A DNA stretch of 63,355 nucleotides from Negaprion brevirostris. Its lineage: Eukaryota. The position numbers and the translations under genes were made by a program. Below the pieces are notes generated by a model. It was not told the DNA's origin. It was given only the letters and a program-made list of their open reading frames with translations, and did not search any database. The stretch covers positions 26,697,026 through 26,760,380 of the forward strand of contig JARDVH010000110.1 of NCBI GenBank assembly GCA_030324005.1, given 5' to 3'. Positions within the stretch are counted from its first letter, which is position 1. Every line of letters begins with the position of its first letter. Below, piece after piece: positions 1 to 13,330 of the stretch.

Positions 1-639
1 TCCTGCCTGCAGAATGGCAGCGGAATCCCCCTACCTCCACCATGTCTGATGGGCAGTGCGAAAGGTGCCCCCGGGCATGGATACTTTACCCTTTGGGCAT
101 TCCATGATTCTACGGAGTGAAGACTCCATTGGGAAGGTCCTGGGATCAGCTCTGATGTTCCAGTACAAGTGCACCTGTTTTACCTTTCTGGTTTGCAGTT
201 CACTTCAAGGGGTGACAGATGAACAAGTCTTGCACAGGAGCCTCAGAGATGCCATTTCAGAGCTTAGATGGACACTCTCAACCACACTGCCAGATCCTAT
301 GATTCCATCCCACATGCATCTCATTCAGCCTGGAGAATAAAGTAACATTTTCACAAAACAGTCTAAATTTAAAAACACATGATTTTTGCATGTATAAAAG
401 TTAGTGTACAAGTTAATAATAAAATAGCGAAGGTTACCATCCTGCTATTTTGTTATATTTCGATGCACCCCCCCCCCGCCGTCCATCCCTTGTATACAGA
501 AGGCTACCCACACCCATCTCTGTATAACTCTTGAACACTCCCGACATTTTCACTACAACCCCTGGGTGTTCCCATTCTTTTGTCTCTGACAGTAGTGGTT
601 ATTTTAAATTCCTCCTTCCACTTAGTCTCTTGTTAGTCT

Positions 640-806
640 ACAATTCTTGGGATGCTTTTTCTCTCTTCTATTATGAAGACAGATAGACAATATTTGTTCA
701 AAGTCTCTGCTGCTGTTTCATTTCCCATTGTTAATTTCCCAGTCTCACACTATAAGAGAGCATTGGTCACATTAGCTACTCTGCTCCTTTTTATATATTT
801 GTAGAA
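640..806 (-). mobile_element. CR1 LINE ORF2 internal fragment (degenerate)
   Basis: Reverse strand reads like the CR1 FYKYIKRxRVA segment and resembles the better preserved copy at 60833-60970. Confidence 0.55.
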
Positions 807-989
807 AAACACCTCTTCCACAGCATTGCTAGATGACACACAATATTAACAGATCCTGGCAAATCCCTGTTTCCAGTTCTCCATTTCTTGAGCCAGGCCC
901 TCTTCCCAGGAATTCCATCTTCCGTTTCCAGGTCTCAGTATTTACAAATCCTAGAATGCCCACTTTGTGATCCCTGGCCTCTGTATCAA

Positions 990-3220
990 AAGCTATTTGA
1001 GAGCAAATCCACATCTGGCATGTGGAAGTGCAGGGACAGGCATATCCCTGCAAAAATGAAGGATAGAAATGGCAAGATTTGGGAACCATGGATGACAAGG
1101 GAAATTGTAAGTTTAGTCAAAAGGATAAAGGAAGCATGCAGTAGGCCTAGGCATCTAAAAACAGACAAAGCCTTTGAGGAGCGTAGTGAAAGTAGGAAGG
1201 AACTTAAACGCTGAATTAGGAGAGCTGAAAGGGGCCATGAAGTGTCTTCAACAAACAGGATCAAAGAGAATCCCAAGGCATACATTAGGAGCAAGAGGTT
1301 CAACAAGAGAAAGAATAGGTCCACCCAAGGCTCAAGGACAAAGGAAAGAAGTCACAGGAGCCACAGGAAGTGGACGAGATCCTTAATGAGAATCTTGTGT
1401 TCGTATTCACCAAACAGAAGGACGTGATGGATGCTGAGATCAGGGATGGTGTGTGAACATGCTAGACAATGTCAATATACCAAAGGAGGAAGTGTTGGGT
1501 ATCCTAAATTGAATTAAGATAGACAAGTCCCTGGGGCCAAATGAGATCTATCCCAAGTTACTGCAGGATTCAAGCGGAGAAATAGCTGGTGCCTCAACAA
1601 ATTTTTTCACATCCTCTTTGACCACAGATGAGGTTCCAGAGGACTGGAGAATAACAATGTTGTTCTCTCGTTTAAGAAGCGAAGCGGGGATAATCTAAGA
1701 AATTAATAGGCTGGTGAGACTGACCTCAGTAATGGGAAAGCTGTTGCAGAAGATACTGAGGGACAGGAATTATAAACATATGGAAGAAAATTGATGAATT
1801 AATGACTGGCAACATGGTTTTGTATGGGGAAGGTCATGCCTCACCAACTTGATTGAGTTTTCTGAAGAGGTGACAAAGATAATTGATGAGGAAAGGACTG
1901 TGGATGTAGTTTATATGGACTTTAGTAAGGTGTTTGACAAGGTCCCAAATGGCAGACTGGTACAAAAACTGAAATCACATGGGATTCGGGTGGGCTGGCT
2001 AGATGGATACACAACTGGCTTGGTTATAGAAGACAGAGAGTAGTGGTGGAAAGATATTTTTCAGAATGGAGATCTGTAGCTAGCAGTGTTCTGCAGTGAT
2101 CAGTGCTGGGACTTTTGTTGTTTGTAGTATATATAAATGATCTGGAAGATGTGTGGATGGTCCGATTAGTAAGTTTACAGATGACACAAAAATTTGTGGA
2201 GTTGCTGATAGTGTCGGGGATCATCAGAGGATACAATAGGATATAGATAGATTGGAGACTTGGGCAAAGAAATGGCTGATAGAGTTTAATTTGAACAAAT
2301 GTGAGGCAATGCATTATGGAGGATTAAATTTAGGTGTAACTTATACTGTAAATGGCAGAACCCTTAAGAACATTTACATACAGAGGGAGCTGTGTGTGCA
2401 GGCCCACAGTTCTCTAAAAATGGCAACACAAGTGGTCAAGGTGATTAAGGAAGCATATGGCATGCTTGCCTTCATCAGCCAGAGCACTGAGCATAAGAGT
2501 TAGGAAATCATGTTGTAGCCTTATTAAACCTTGGTTAGGCCGCATTTGGGGTATTGCGTGCATTTCTGGTTGCCACACTACCAAAAGGACATGGTAGCTT
2601 TGGAGAGATGCAAAGAAGTTTCACCAGGATGTTGCCTGGTCTTGGGGGTGTTGACTATGAGGAAAGGTTGAATAAATTAGGATTGTTTTCATTGGAAAGA
2701 TGGAGGCTGAGCGGAAACCTGATAGAGGCCCACAAAATTATGAGAGCATAGACAGAATGGATAGTCAAAGGCTTTTTCCTAGGATGGAAGCGGCAATTAC
2801 AAAGGGGCACAAGGTGAGAGGGGGAAAGTTTAAGGGAGATGTGNNNNNNNNNNNNNNNNNNNNNNNNNNNNNNNNNNNNNNNNNNNNNNNNNNNNNNNNN
2901 NNNNNNNNNNNNNNNNNNNNNNNNNNNNNNNNNNNNNNNNNNNCACAAGGTGAGAGGGGGAAAGTTTAAGGGAGATGTGTGGAAGAAGTTTTTCAGTCAG
3001 AGTAGTGGGTGCCTGGAACATGCTGCCCAAGGAGGTGGTGGAAGCAGCCACATTGGCAACAATTAAGAGGCATCTGGATGGGTTCATGAATAGGGAGGGA
3101 ATAGATATGGAGCGAGTAAGGGTGGAAGATTTTCTTTGTAGTTTAGTTAGGGCATCATAATTGGCACAGCCTTGGTGGGCTGAAAGCCCCATTCCTGTGC
3201 TGTACTTTTCTTTGTTCTTG
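990..3220 (+). mobile_element. 5'-truncated CR1 LINE, reverse transcriptase pseudogene plus 3' UTR
   Basis: Frameshifted ORF2 motifs EPWMTREI, DKSxGP, VDVVYMDFSKVFDKVP, YINDL, KFTDDT, TRMLPGL..YEERLNKLGLFSLE, VVGAWNMLP. Ends in a (TTCTTTG)-like tail. Interrupted by a 100-N gap at 2844-2943. Confidence 0.92.
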
Positions 3221-3339
3221 GTTATTCTCACAGATCCTGGTACCCCTCCGCATTGGGTTGCTTGATTGTAGATTGTTTTCAATCCTCCCAGAAAATGGCA
3301 CTTTTCTTCCAAAAACTTTTCAGATCTAAGGACCATTCT

Positions 3340-3830
3340 CCCAATAATTGCAGGTTCCAGGATCTGCATCTACCAGCATGATGCTTTATGTTTGATCTAA
3401 CAGCAGATGCAGATTGATGGAATTGTAGCCCTTTCAAATCCTGTACCTCGCCTGTTTAATGGGGACTGGCAATGCAGATAGATGCAGTCGATCGCTCCCT
3501 TTTGCTAAGAGATTCCTCTTATTCTGACTAAGCAAGGAAATCTCTTATCCTCTTTGTCATTACTCAAAGAGAACATAATATAATTGTCCCCGGACCGACA
3601 ACACCTCCCAGATACATCTATGGATAATGCACTGGAAGATGTTCGATATGTCACCTTCTTTGCCTGAAATGATCAAATTGCACAGATGTTTAATGTCTCT
3701 TTTGCAGCCACTTGCAATGCTATCACTCTGGTATGAGGTCTCAGGCTCTCTTGAAGGACACTTCCTTTTAGTGAGCAGCTCCTTTTTGAACCTGAGTAGA
3801 CCCAGACATTGCACTTGGTTGCAGCAGAGG
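3340..3830 (-). pseudogene. Fossil PIF/Harbinger (HARBI1-like) DDE transposase
   Basis: Minus-strand translation gives QCLGLLRFKKELL, GDISNIFQCIIHRCIWEV (HTH-like), GAIDCI (3498-3481), *KGYNSINL (RKG motif with CGA>TGA) and IMLVDADPGTCN (equivalent of VxARxPGSxHD). Stops and frameshifts are present. Confidence 0.75.
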
Positions 3831-6178
3831 TGGGGGAAGTGCCCTCTGAAAATGCATGGTAGGTAAAGCATTCTGTGAAGAGTCTCAGTCCTCCTTCTCC
3901 CTCTTAGTAGAACTTGTCCTCTTTGCAGTCTTTGCTCCAATCCTTAGTCACTGCAAATGGATCACATACCTTTTGCAGACCTGGTGTGTAGAGGTGTTCA
4001 ATCCTCTGTCCTCTTAGAGTGAATGAATCAGATCAACAACAGGTCTTCAAAAATGATCTACAGTATTTTCACAATCTTTTCTACAATGCAGCTGAGCAAA
4101 AGCACTGAGTTGGATGGTTGGTTCTATAAACAGTGCTTGTGGGGGATGGGGATGGGATGGTTGGGGGGATGAGGTGGTGTCAGGGTTCCCTTACGCAGGA
4201 TGTTTAGCTGTGAATGATTAGTGTAAATATTAACTGGACCTGCACAGCCAAAGTTATGAAAATGTGCCTCAAATCAGCTATAAGAGCTGATTGTCATCAA
4301 TATCCAAGCTCTCCCCCTGCTTCCTGTGCTACAAGGAATGCCATGCCAGCATGGGTGGCCCTGTGCACTGCAGGGAAATGACTATTCATAGTCACACTCT
4401 TCAAAATATTAATTTGACTTTAACAATTCAATCTCAGATGCATTGAGTGGTTCTTTTTTTTCCTATTTAATACTAATCACGCTCCAGTTAAATAATAACC
4501 ATTGGAGAAATTCTGCTTTGTTTTTCTTCATTAGAGAAATTTTTCCTCAGCATCGTACAATCTATGATGACATCACGCATTCCCTCCACACATACCTAGC
4601 TCTTCATCTCCAGCACCTCTCTTGAGACCACCATTGTCTATGGGCTATCAAGCCACTTCTCTGCTATACAGTCATGATTGAACCGTCATTTCTTCCATTT
4701 CAACATTGGGAAGGCTGAAAGCATTATCCTCAATTGTCACTTTCGATTTCCTCAGTTCGCCGTTCAACTCTTTTTCTTATAACTCTATGAAGCACCTTAC
4801 AAGGGTTTTCTTTTACGTTGTGGACATTACGTTAATAATGTTGAAGTCAGGGCAATGCAATAAAGGCAATGCTGATGAAGTAAAATAGACTGACAGAATA
4901 ATGCTTGGTTGGCTTGTGGGTATTACTTATACCGGATATCAGATGTGGCTATTCATGTTCAAGCCAAGTACAACATGACTACATGTCCAGTAAAAATCCA
5001 TTTGTGATGTTCCAACAATGCGTCAAATTTTTATTTGGCCACTGGGTGTAAACTCGATGAGTGGTTTGTCAGCCATTTATGCCAGTATCCCAGCTGCTGC
5101 CAGCTTCACAGGGGCCTGGAGGAACAGAAGCTTTTATCTGGGCTTCCCCAACCTGTGCCAAAGACCACACTGCGTTCCCTTCTAAGTGAACCCTCTCAAT
5201 CTACTTTCTTCAGCTGCAGCCAAATGCTGCCTGATATTGTCCTGGGCTGACGCAGATGGGCTGCCCTGGGGAATGCCTTTATTTTCTCTCCAGTTGCTAG
5301 GGATATCATGGGGAATTTTAGCCTTCAAACAGACTGAATTTCTCACCAACACCTTCAGGCAACAAGCTGACTGATCACATCTTCCAGTCGCTAGATAAAA
5401 TCTCACTCAATGTGCCTTTAGTCCAATGACAGAAGAGCTAAGAATTTTTTTTCACCTCCCACACAAACGCTCTTATAATCTCACTGACACTATACCGTCA
5501 GTTTAGGCCAATCTTTTAACGTATTTTTGGCTGGATTTGATCTGCAAAATTGTGTCCACTCAGGAATGGGCTGGAATTATCGAATTATTATACTGTTTAT
5601 ATAAAATTGGTATCTAACTGTGTGAACAATTATTGTTCACACAGTCCCTTTTGGCAACTGAGAGCAGACTTTCATTCCCTAATTTAGCGACATGGTTTTG
5701 AACCAAATCCAAGTCCCAGAAATGAAAATGCTTTAACAAATTCCAACAATTCAATCATTACTCTCAATAAAGTTGCTAATTTGTACCTTTTGAAAATCTG
5801 ACCAAAATATAGCCGAATCCCAGAGTGATATGTACAGAATAGATCATTTTGATTTAACAACGAAGGATTGAGTATGGAGTTGGTAAGGAGGGGAGAGCTA
5901 GTAATACGAACGCCACTTTTTACTATTATATCCAGATATTTTCTTATGTGGATACTGACGTTAAGAATGAATAAGGGAAATATTTTCCTCTTTGTATAAA
6001 ATGCTGAGCTCTCATGATTTTTCATATCGGAGAAACATTGGCTGTTTAGGTTATTCATTGCCCTACAGACCACCATGTTGTGTGATACAAGCTGACTAAG
6101 TTAATCTATTAGGGAGGTTACTCAGTACACTTATTTTAGATTTTTCTCTCAAACAGTGGCACTAACTGGTCTCACTTA

Positions 6179-6475
6179 GGGCAATAAGGTGGCACAGTGG
6201 TTAGCACTGCTGCTTCACAGCTCCAGGGACCCGGATTCAATTCTGACCTCGGCTGACTGTCTATGTGGAGTTTGCATGTCCTTCCCGTGTCTGCGTGAGT
6301 TTCTTCTGGGTGCTCCCACTCTCCAAAGATGTGCAGGTTATGTTGATTGGCCATGCCAAATTGACCCTAGTGTCGGGGAATTTAGCAGGATAAGTGTGTG
6401 GGGTTGTGTGAATAGGGCCTGGGTGGGATTGTGGTCGATACAGACTTGATGGGCCAAATGGCCTTCTTTTGTACT
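6179..6475 (+). mobile_element. HE1/V-type tRNA-derived SINE with CR1-like tail (tail A)
   Basis: Head GGTGGCACAGTGGTTAGCACTGCTG (A box), B-box-like GGATTCAATTC, core TGTGGAGTTTGCATG, tail GGGCCAAATGGCCTTC. Confidence 0.9.
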
Positions 6476-6477
6476 GC

Positions 6478-6686
6478 TCGGATTTCCTCCAAATGCTCCG
6501 GTTTGCTTCCACACTCCAAAGATATGCAGGTTAGGTGGACCGGCCATGATAAATTGCCCCTTAGGATCAGTGAGATTAGCAGGGTAAATACACGGGGTTA
6601 TGGGGATAGGGTCTGGATAGGATTGTTATCAGTGCAGGCTTCATGGGCCAAATGGCATCATTCTGCACTTAGAGATTCCATCTATT
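6478..6686 (+). mobile_element. 5'-truncated HE1/V-type SINE in tandem (tail A)
   Basis: Starts mid-core (TTTCCTCCAAATGCTCCGG) and repeats the same 3' half as the preceding copy. Confidence 0.85.
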
Positions 6687-7730
6687 ATACTTTGCTAGCT
6701 ATTTTCCGTCTTGTTAATTGCAAATTGAAACACCAAGTTCTTTCTGCGTCTGCCTTAAAGTCACTCCTGCGTGTTGTAAGTCTAGAACCTGACATCTTTC
6801 TTCTCAGAATGACAATTTCAATTGTGTAGGACATCCTGGCTGATCGAGACAGTGACCATACCTAACATCTGCAGATGTACCCCTACCAGTTGGAGGTTTC
6901 TGAGTCACCAGAAAGGAACCAGGACTGGGAACCTTGGCTGATTTTCTTTTCCTTTTGCTGTTTTATAGTCTGGATGCAAAGCTAATTACAAGTTCCCCAC
7001 CACAGCTCCACTGTTGTGATGTACACTCAGCCTTGCCCATGGATTAAACATGGGATCCTCTTATGTATGTATGAAATATTACCACACCATCCAATATATT
7101 CATCTAACAAGTTAGTGGCAGAGCATACAGAAGCACATGTGAATGGTTGAGAGTCAAATTCGCAAAGCAGGGCCTGATGGAACAGACAGACAGGGATAAA
7201 CAGCTAAAGGTTTTGCAATGGACATTTCCCATACCAGTGGCAAGATTTTAAACTTGCACCTTAACATTTTGTGCTTTGACTAGGGAAAGGAAATGTCTTC
7301 GGGTAAATAGTGTGGTTAGTGATCACAGCCTTGCTGGTCAGAATTGGAAGTAATTTTGTGTTTGGTCACTGTGATTGTTGAAATCTCTCTGTACACAGTC
7401 TCGCCCCTAGGCAAAAGCAACAGTTTGTGTTTGGAAAGGGAACATTTCCACCTTCATTTATTTATTTAGCTTGAATGTACAATGATTAACAGTAGTTGCT
7501 CAATCATAATGTTTATTTCAATGTAACTTCTCCCTTCAGTAAGTAGAGAGAGGTTTTTGTCTGTATATTCTTGGACCAAGTCTGTTTTGTGTGTGTTGAA
7601 AATGCAATTTTCTGTGATTAGTCAATCTGTCACTGTGAATGCGTGAAATCAACAGACTGCTGTACTGTCGATCCATCTATGTCTATTGGAGGTGGTGTTT
7701 ACCCGCAGAGTAGAATATATAGTTGTCCAA

Positions 7731-7744
7731 GTTACCATGGCAAC
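7731..7744. promoter_or_regulatory. RFX X-box motif GTTACCATGGCAAC
   Basis: Matches the palindromic RFX consensus GTTNCCATGGNAAC and lies in repeat-poor sequence. Function is not shown. Confidence 0.4.
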
Positions 7745-8720
7745 AGCTATCCATTTTGTGTACCAAAATCTACAAAAGTAACGATATTCTTGTAGCCATT
7801 TTCTGATATTACAAATTGATTCTCTTTTGACGTAAATATTAACTTAGTTCTATAATACACTTTACCCTGATGTAAATCCATCAATTTACTCGTCCATNNN
7901 NNNNNNNNNNNNNNNNNNNNNNNNNNNNNNNNNNNNNNNNNNNNNNNNNNNNNNNNNNNNNNNNNNNNNNNNNNNNNNNNNNNNNNNNNNNNNNNNNTTA
8001 CCCTGATGTAAATCCATCAATTTACTTGTCCATGTTCATACTCAAACTACAAAAGGATATTTAGGACTCATTCCAAACACAAATGAATTGTTTCACCTTC
8101 TATTTCACTCTGCTTTGCAAAGGACATTTGAAAGAGGCTTGGAAGGTATTTTTTCTTTTAATTAATTATTTTTGTTTGATATTAGGTCACTAAAGTAAAA
8201 GAGCATTTACCAATTATAAATATGTCAGAAATCCATATATTGCTATACATTTTGCAAAACATAGCAGAATGAGACCTTTTACCAACCCAAGGATTCTAAA
8301 ATTGCCACTTAATCATGCTCCTTCATATAGATAGAACGCAATAACCTGTCAGATTGACAAAGGTAAGTCGGAAGCTGATGTGTCTGTTCAGGTAAAAGTA
8401 AAAATGGAAATCTCTAAATTTAGGGTCGGGAGTTGCAAGTGATGAAGAGGATTTCAGAGCGTGGCATTATCGAATTCTCGCAAAGCTGGCTTGATGCTCT
8501 GGGCTGTTAATCTGTTGAAGTGCCAATCTTAGGCACGGTGTTGTACAGGAGGAATTTGATTTCGGATGTAGTCAAGTGCTTCCTGGCATCCCTCTCGAAA
8601 TTGGTAATAGAGATCTTCCGGGAGCAGGTCAGCCACACTTATCCACATGGATAGTGATTGACCATTCATGTTCCTCCTGGCCCTAGAAAAATTAATTAAA
8701 AATAAAAGCTGACTGTGTCT

Positions 8721-8734
8721 GTTCCCATGGCAAC
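8721..8734. promoter_or_regulatory. RFX X-box motif GTTCCCATGGCAAC
   Basis: Second match to GTTNCCATGGNAAC, 990 bp from the first. May lie inside an old repeat. Confidence 0.3.
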
Positions 8735-9054
8735 CTTAAAGGGATACACCTCCACCTGAAAGTTTAGTATAATTTGTACTACATGATATGGTACTCCCCT
8801 CTTTAAGTAAATAACCTGTCATCTGGCTTTGAGCAACAGCATATTGTATTGTTTAATTTAACAGTGGGATTGAATATCACTTTCACCACCTAAATTGTAA
8901 ATTGGTGAAGCAAATTGCCAGCTCGCTCTCGAGCCTGTCCACTCTTAAATACGTCAAGAAATATTAAAACACCTTTTAAATTTAAAAGAAACACATTTTT
9001 AGAAAGAAGCCCAATTCATGGCAGATTTTACATTCGATGACATGCAAACGAGAT

Positions 9055-9355
9055 TAGAGTCATAGAGGTGTACAGCACAGATAAAGGACATTCGACCCAT
9101 AGCATCTGCGCTGGCCAAAGACAAACCATATAAACTGTTCTAATAGCATTTCCCACACTTTGCCAATAGCCTTGTATGCCTTGGCACCTCAAATGCACAA
9201 CTAAATACTAAGTACACGTCATCTGGCCCTGGGGATTTGTCTACTTTTAAGCCTGCCCAACCACTCAGAACCTCCTCTCTGTCTATGTTAACTTCTTCAA
9301 ATGTATCACAATCCTTCTTGTTGATTTCTAGTCCCACATTATCTCTCTCACTTGT
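9055..9355 (-). mobile_element. Internally deleted CR1 fragment
   Basis: CR1 3' UTR (9055-9210) joined directly to the ORF2 segment IDREEVL..LKVDKSPGPD. Confidence 0.75.
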
Positions 9356-9619
9356 AAAACCAACAGTCTTGCATCCTTCAGCTCCATATACATCCATGCC
9401 AATCCATACCACCATTAGAGCCTCCACTCTCCCCATGGCCCCTAATACTCTATCCAACCACATGGCCGTCTATCCACTGTCATTGCCCCTCATACTCTTG
9501 TATCAACCCATGCTCCCCATTCATCTCCATGTCCCTTTATAGCCCCTATGACAACTTAATGCCAATCCATGCCCCATCCTCATCACCCTTTGTCCTTATC
9601 TCTTCCAAGACAACAAGGC

Positions 9620-10681
9620 TGCAGCATAAGATATAGGCGCATGGTCTTACGGGTAATGTATTAGCATGGATTGAGGATTAGTTAACTAACAGAAAGCAAA
9701 GAGTGGGGGTAAATGGGTATTTTTCTGGTTGGCGATCAGTGACTGGAGGTGTGCCTCAAGGATNNNNNNNNNNNNNNNNNNNNNNNNNNNNNNNNNNNNN
9801 NNNNNNNNNNNNNNNNNNNNNNNNNNNNNNNNNNNNNNNNNNNNNNNNNNNNNNNNNNNNNNNGTACCATGTTGTTAAATTTGAGATCATCCATTTTGAT
9901 AAGAATAACAGCAAAATGGGCTATGATTTAAAAGGTAAAAAATTGCAGCATGCAGCTGTGCAGAGGGACCTGGTGTCCTTGTGCATGAATCACAAGAAGT
10001 TGATTTGCAGATGCAGCAGGTAATTAAGAAGGCAAATGGAATTTCATCCTTCATTGCTAGAGGGATGGAGTTTAAAAACAGTGCAGTTATGTTGCAACTG
10101 TATAGAGTATTGGTGAGGCCACACCTGGAATACTGCGTACAGTTTTGATCTCCTTACTTGAAAAAGAATATGCTGGCACTGGAGGGGGTACAGAGGAGAT
10201 TCACTATATTGATTCCAGGGTTGAGAGGGTTAGCTTATGAGGAGAGACTGAGTTGACTGGGGCTATACTCATTGGAATTCAGAAGAATGAGGGGAGATCT
10301 AATAGAAACATATAAGATTATGACGGGAATAGAAAAGACAGGGAAATTGATTCCACTGGCAGGTGAAACTAGAACTAGGGAGCATGGCCTCAAAAGAAGG
10401 GGGAACAGATTTAGAACTGAGTTGAAGAGGAACTTCTTCACATAAAGATTGTGGATCTGTGGAATTCCCTGCCCAGTGAAACAGTTGAGGTTACTTCATT
10501 GAATGCTTTTAAGGCAAGGTTAGATACATTTTTGAATAACAAAGGAATTAAGGGTTATGGTGAGCAGTCAGATAAGTGGAACTGAGTCCACAAAAAGATC
10601 AGTCATGATTTTATTGAATGGTAGAGCAGGCTTGAGGTGCCAGATGGCCTACTCCTGCTCCTAGTTCTTATCTTCTTATGT
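9620..10681 (+). mobile_element. 5'-truncated CR1 LINE
   Basis: GVNGYFSGWRSVTGGVPQG, LVRPHLEYCVQF, RGDLIETYKI and LWNSLP motifs; tail TTCTTATCTTCTTATG. Contains a 100-N gap. Confidence 0.92.
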
Positions 10682-11716
10682 AACTCACCTAATATCCATC
10701 TCGTGTGAACCTAAGGCGCCAAGTTGTCATAAAACAAAATAAGGTCAGTTCATGATATCCCTATTTAAAAACACACTGATTGATAGAAAAACATTCAATA
10801 TATTGAAATGTATTCATTTAATCTCTAATGAAAACAAACATTTCGATTCTATAACCACTTGGAGCTGTCAGTCAAATCATTCACTTAATAGGCAATCCAC
10901 TGTGATAATGTTATGTTGTAAAATCGATCATGTAGCACAAATCTGTTAATGATACTCCTCAGGCTTGTGTCAACAAGCTGAAATATGAAGCATAGATATT
11001 TTTTAAACTCCACACTTTATATACTTATGCATAATAATGTCTATTTTAAAGAATTCTAAAAAGCATCTGATCTACCTCAAATAGAGTCATGCATTTCCCA
11101 AAGGGTACTTTCCCTCTCCCAAAGGTGTCTCAGGACTACATTCAAAGTAGTACCTTACCTGTCCAAAAGGGTACACTGTCTATTCAAATGAATGCATATG
11201 GTTCAGACCTGTTCTAATCCACATACATTAAGTTTCAGATACCTATCTCACCAAAATCAAATATGAGTGAAGGCAGCTGCTGATTTATGTGGGCAACTGC
11301 CTCTGGGAGCCACGGATGTGTGATTTATAATCCATCCCCACCACCTCTCCCTTTTGAAAATATAAGAGGCCAGGATCAAGGGTTGGAGATCCAGATTCAG
11401 GCCTCTGCTGGCATTTCCATATCTGCACAGAAAAGCAGGCCAAATTCTGAAGACATGAACCTAGATATTCCACCAAGCAACACGCATTTCTGAGCACTAT
11501 ACAATCTTCTGTGCTTCAGGCAGGAAGTGCATGCTCATTACAAGCTGGAAGGATGGTGTCTTGCACAAATTAGAAAAAGGCAAAACCAAAATTGGCATAC
11601 AATTCTCACACCTGAAACACAAGAACATGTCCATGTATAAATAAGGAGCCTTATCACTGTTTGAAGCTCCTCACACTAAAGTGAACTTGCCATAAGGCAG
11701 CTGATATGAAGCAAAA

Positions 11717-12597
11717 GCCAGCCTCCAATCCACTGACTCTGTCTACACTCCCCGCTGCCTTTGAGAAACAGCCAGCAGAGTCAAGGACCCCANNNNNNNN
11801 NNGCTTCTTCCCTGCTGCCATGAGACTTTTGAATGGACCTGCCTCACATTATGTTGATCTATCTCTACACCCTAGCTAAGACTGTAACACTACATTCTCT
11901 ACTCTCTCCTTTTCTTCTCTGTGTACAATATGTTTTGTCTGTATGGTGCACAAGAAATAACACTTTTCACTGAGTACTAATTATAAGTTCATAAGATATA
12001 GGAGCAGAATTAGACCATTCGGCCCATCAAGTCTGCTCCGCCTTTTGTCATGGCTGCTATGCCCCTCATCCCCATTTTTCTGCCTTCTCCCCATAGTCCT
12101 TCAACTCATTACCAATTAAAAATCTATCTGACTCCTCCTTAAATTTCCTCACTGTTCCAGCATCCACCACACTTTGAGGTAGTGAATTCCAAAGAATCAC
12201 AATCCTCAGGGAGAAATAGCTTCTCCTCAACTCTGTTTTAAATTTGCTACCCCTTATCCTAAAACTATGACCTCTCTTCCTCGAATGCCCCACAAGAGGA
12301 AGCATCTGTTCCACGTCCACTTTATCCATACCTTTTATCATCTTGTATACCTCAATTTGATTTCTCCTCATTCTTCTAAATTCCAGAAAGTATATGTCTA
12401 AACTCTTCAATCTCTCTTCATATGACAAACCCCTTATCTCTGGAATCAATCCAGCGAACTGCTCTGAATTGCCTCCAATGTCACTACATCTTTCCTCAAA
12501 TAAGGGAACTAAAGCTGTGCACAATACTCCATGTNNNNNNNNNNNNNNNNNNNNNAGAGTTGCAATACATGTGACAATAATAAATCAAAATCAAATG
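11717..12597 (+). mobile_element. Rex1/Babar-like LINE 3' end, split by a CR1 insertion
   Basis: GACTCTGTCTACACT..GCTTCTTCCCTGCTGC..CTTTTCACTG at 11717-11981. The terminal ATACATGTGACAATAATAAATCAAAATCAAA resumes after the gap at about 12565. Confidence 0.75.
11983..12534 (-). mobile_element. CR1 LINE 3' fragment
   Basis: ORF 12066-12524: LSYEERLKSL..RGHSFRIRGSKFKTELRR..LWNSLP; CR1 3' UTR and TCTTATG tail. Confidence 0.9.
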
Positions 12598-13330
12598 AAG
12601 TGTCATGTACTGCAATGAGTAAAGATTAACTAAGATACATATGACTGAGTTAATCACATATGATTGATATTGTTATAGTCTTATCTTTAACCTAACCATA
12701 CTAATCACACAGCAAGGGCTGGTGAAACAGTAATATGTGTTTTTCATTTGATGATAGGATTCTTTACATACAGTGTTTACTGGGAGATAATGGACAGTAC
12801 ATCTGATTCCTACTGCTGCTGCTTACAGGCTGAAAACCAATCATGGGGCTAACGCATCACATCCTCTCGAGGGGCAGTGATTGACAGCAGTTTAAGATAC
12901 ACTCCCTTCAAGGTACTTGTAACTCATATTACAATGCCCCTTTTTTATCCAAATACAGATTTACTTTTACAGAATCAAACAATTTACACAATTGCAAAAT
13001 AAATTAACATTCTGTCCGAGTGCAATATTAGATCAAAGCTATAAGTTTAAATGCATCTGAACCATATCCAACGGTTCGCTTATCCTTCCAAACTTAATTG
13101 TGGTGATCTTTGCTAGGGGTTGCGGCACCTCTTTAGAGTGCTGGTTAGGGATACTTTGTGTATATTGTATCATAGGTTGTGTTCTGTTCACGATATTATA
13201 GTTCATTATTGCTGGTCATGATATTATTGTAATTTGACAACTGTCTTGTTGCACTGTCACGCCATTAGGTATTCATCTCTGGTACAATCTTGGCTTTGGG
13301 CACATGTGGGTGATTTCTGCAGGACTCCAT

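Noticed and set aside
2808-2979. Direct repeats flanking N gaps (also 7862-8033, about 24829-25021 and about 48866-49416)
   Set aside because: Near-identical sequence on both sides of 100-N gaps indicates unmerged contig overlap or haplotype duplication, not biology.
849-3240. 11-bp direct repeat ACAGATCCTGG (849-859 and 3230-3240) as a TSD of the CR1
   Set aside because: CR1 homology starts only near 990 and ends about 9 bp before the second copy, and a similar motif recurs inverted near 3357, so it is probably coincidental.
4141-4168. G-quadruplex-like run GGGGGATGGGGATGGGATGGTTGGGGGG
   Set aside because: Common low-complexity motif with no supporting context.
6179-6260. tRNA-like A and B boxes at many sites
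   Set aside because: All continue into the SINE core and lack a complete cloverleaf, so they are SINE heads rather than tRNA genes.
8331-8368. Possible 32-nt exon ending AAG|GTAAGT
   Set aside because: Stops in all three frames and no other support.
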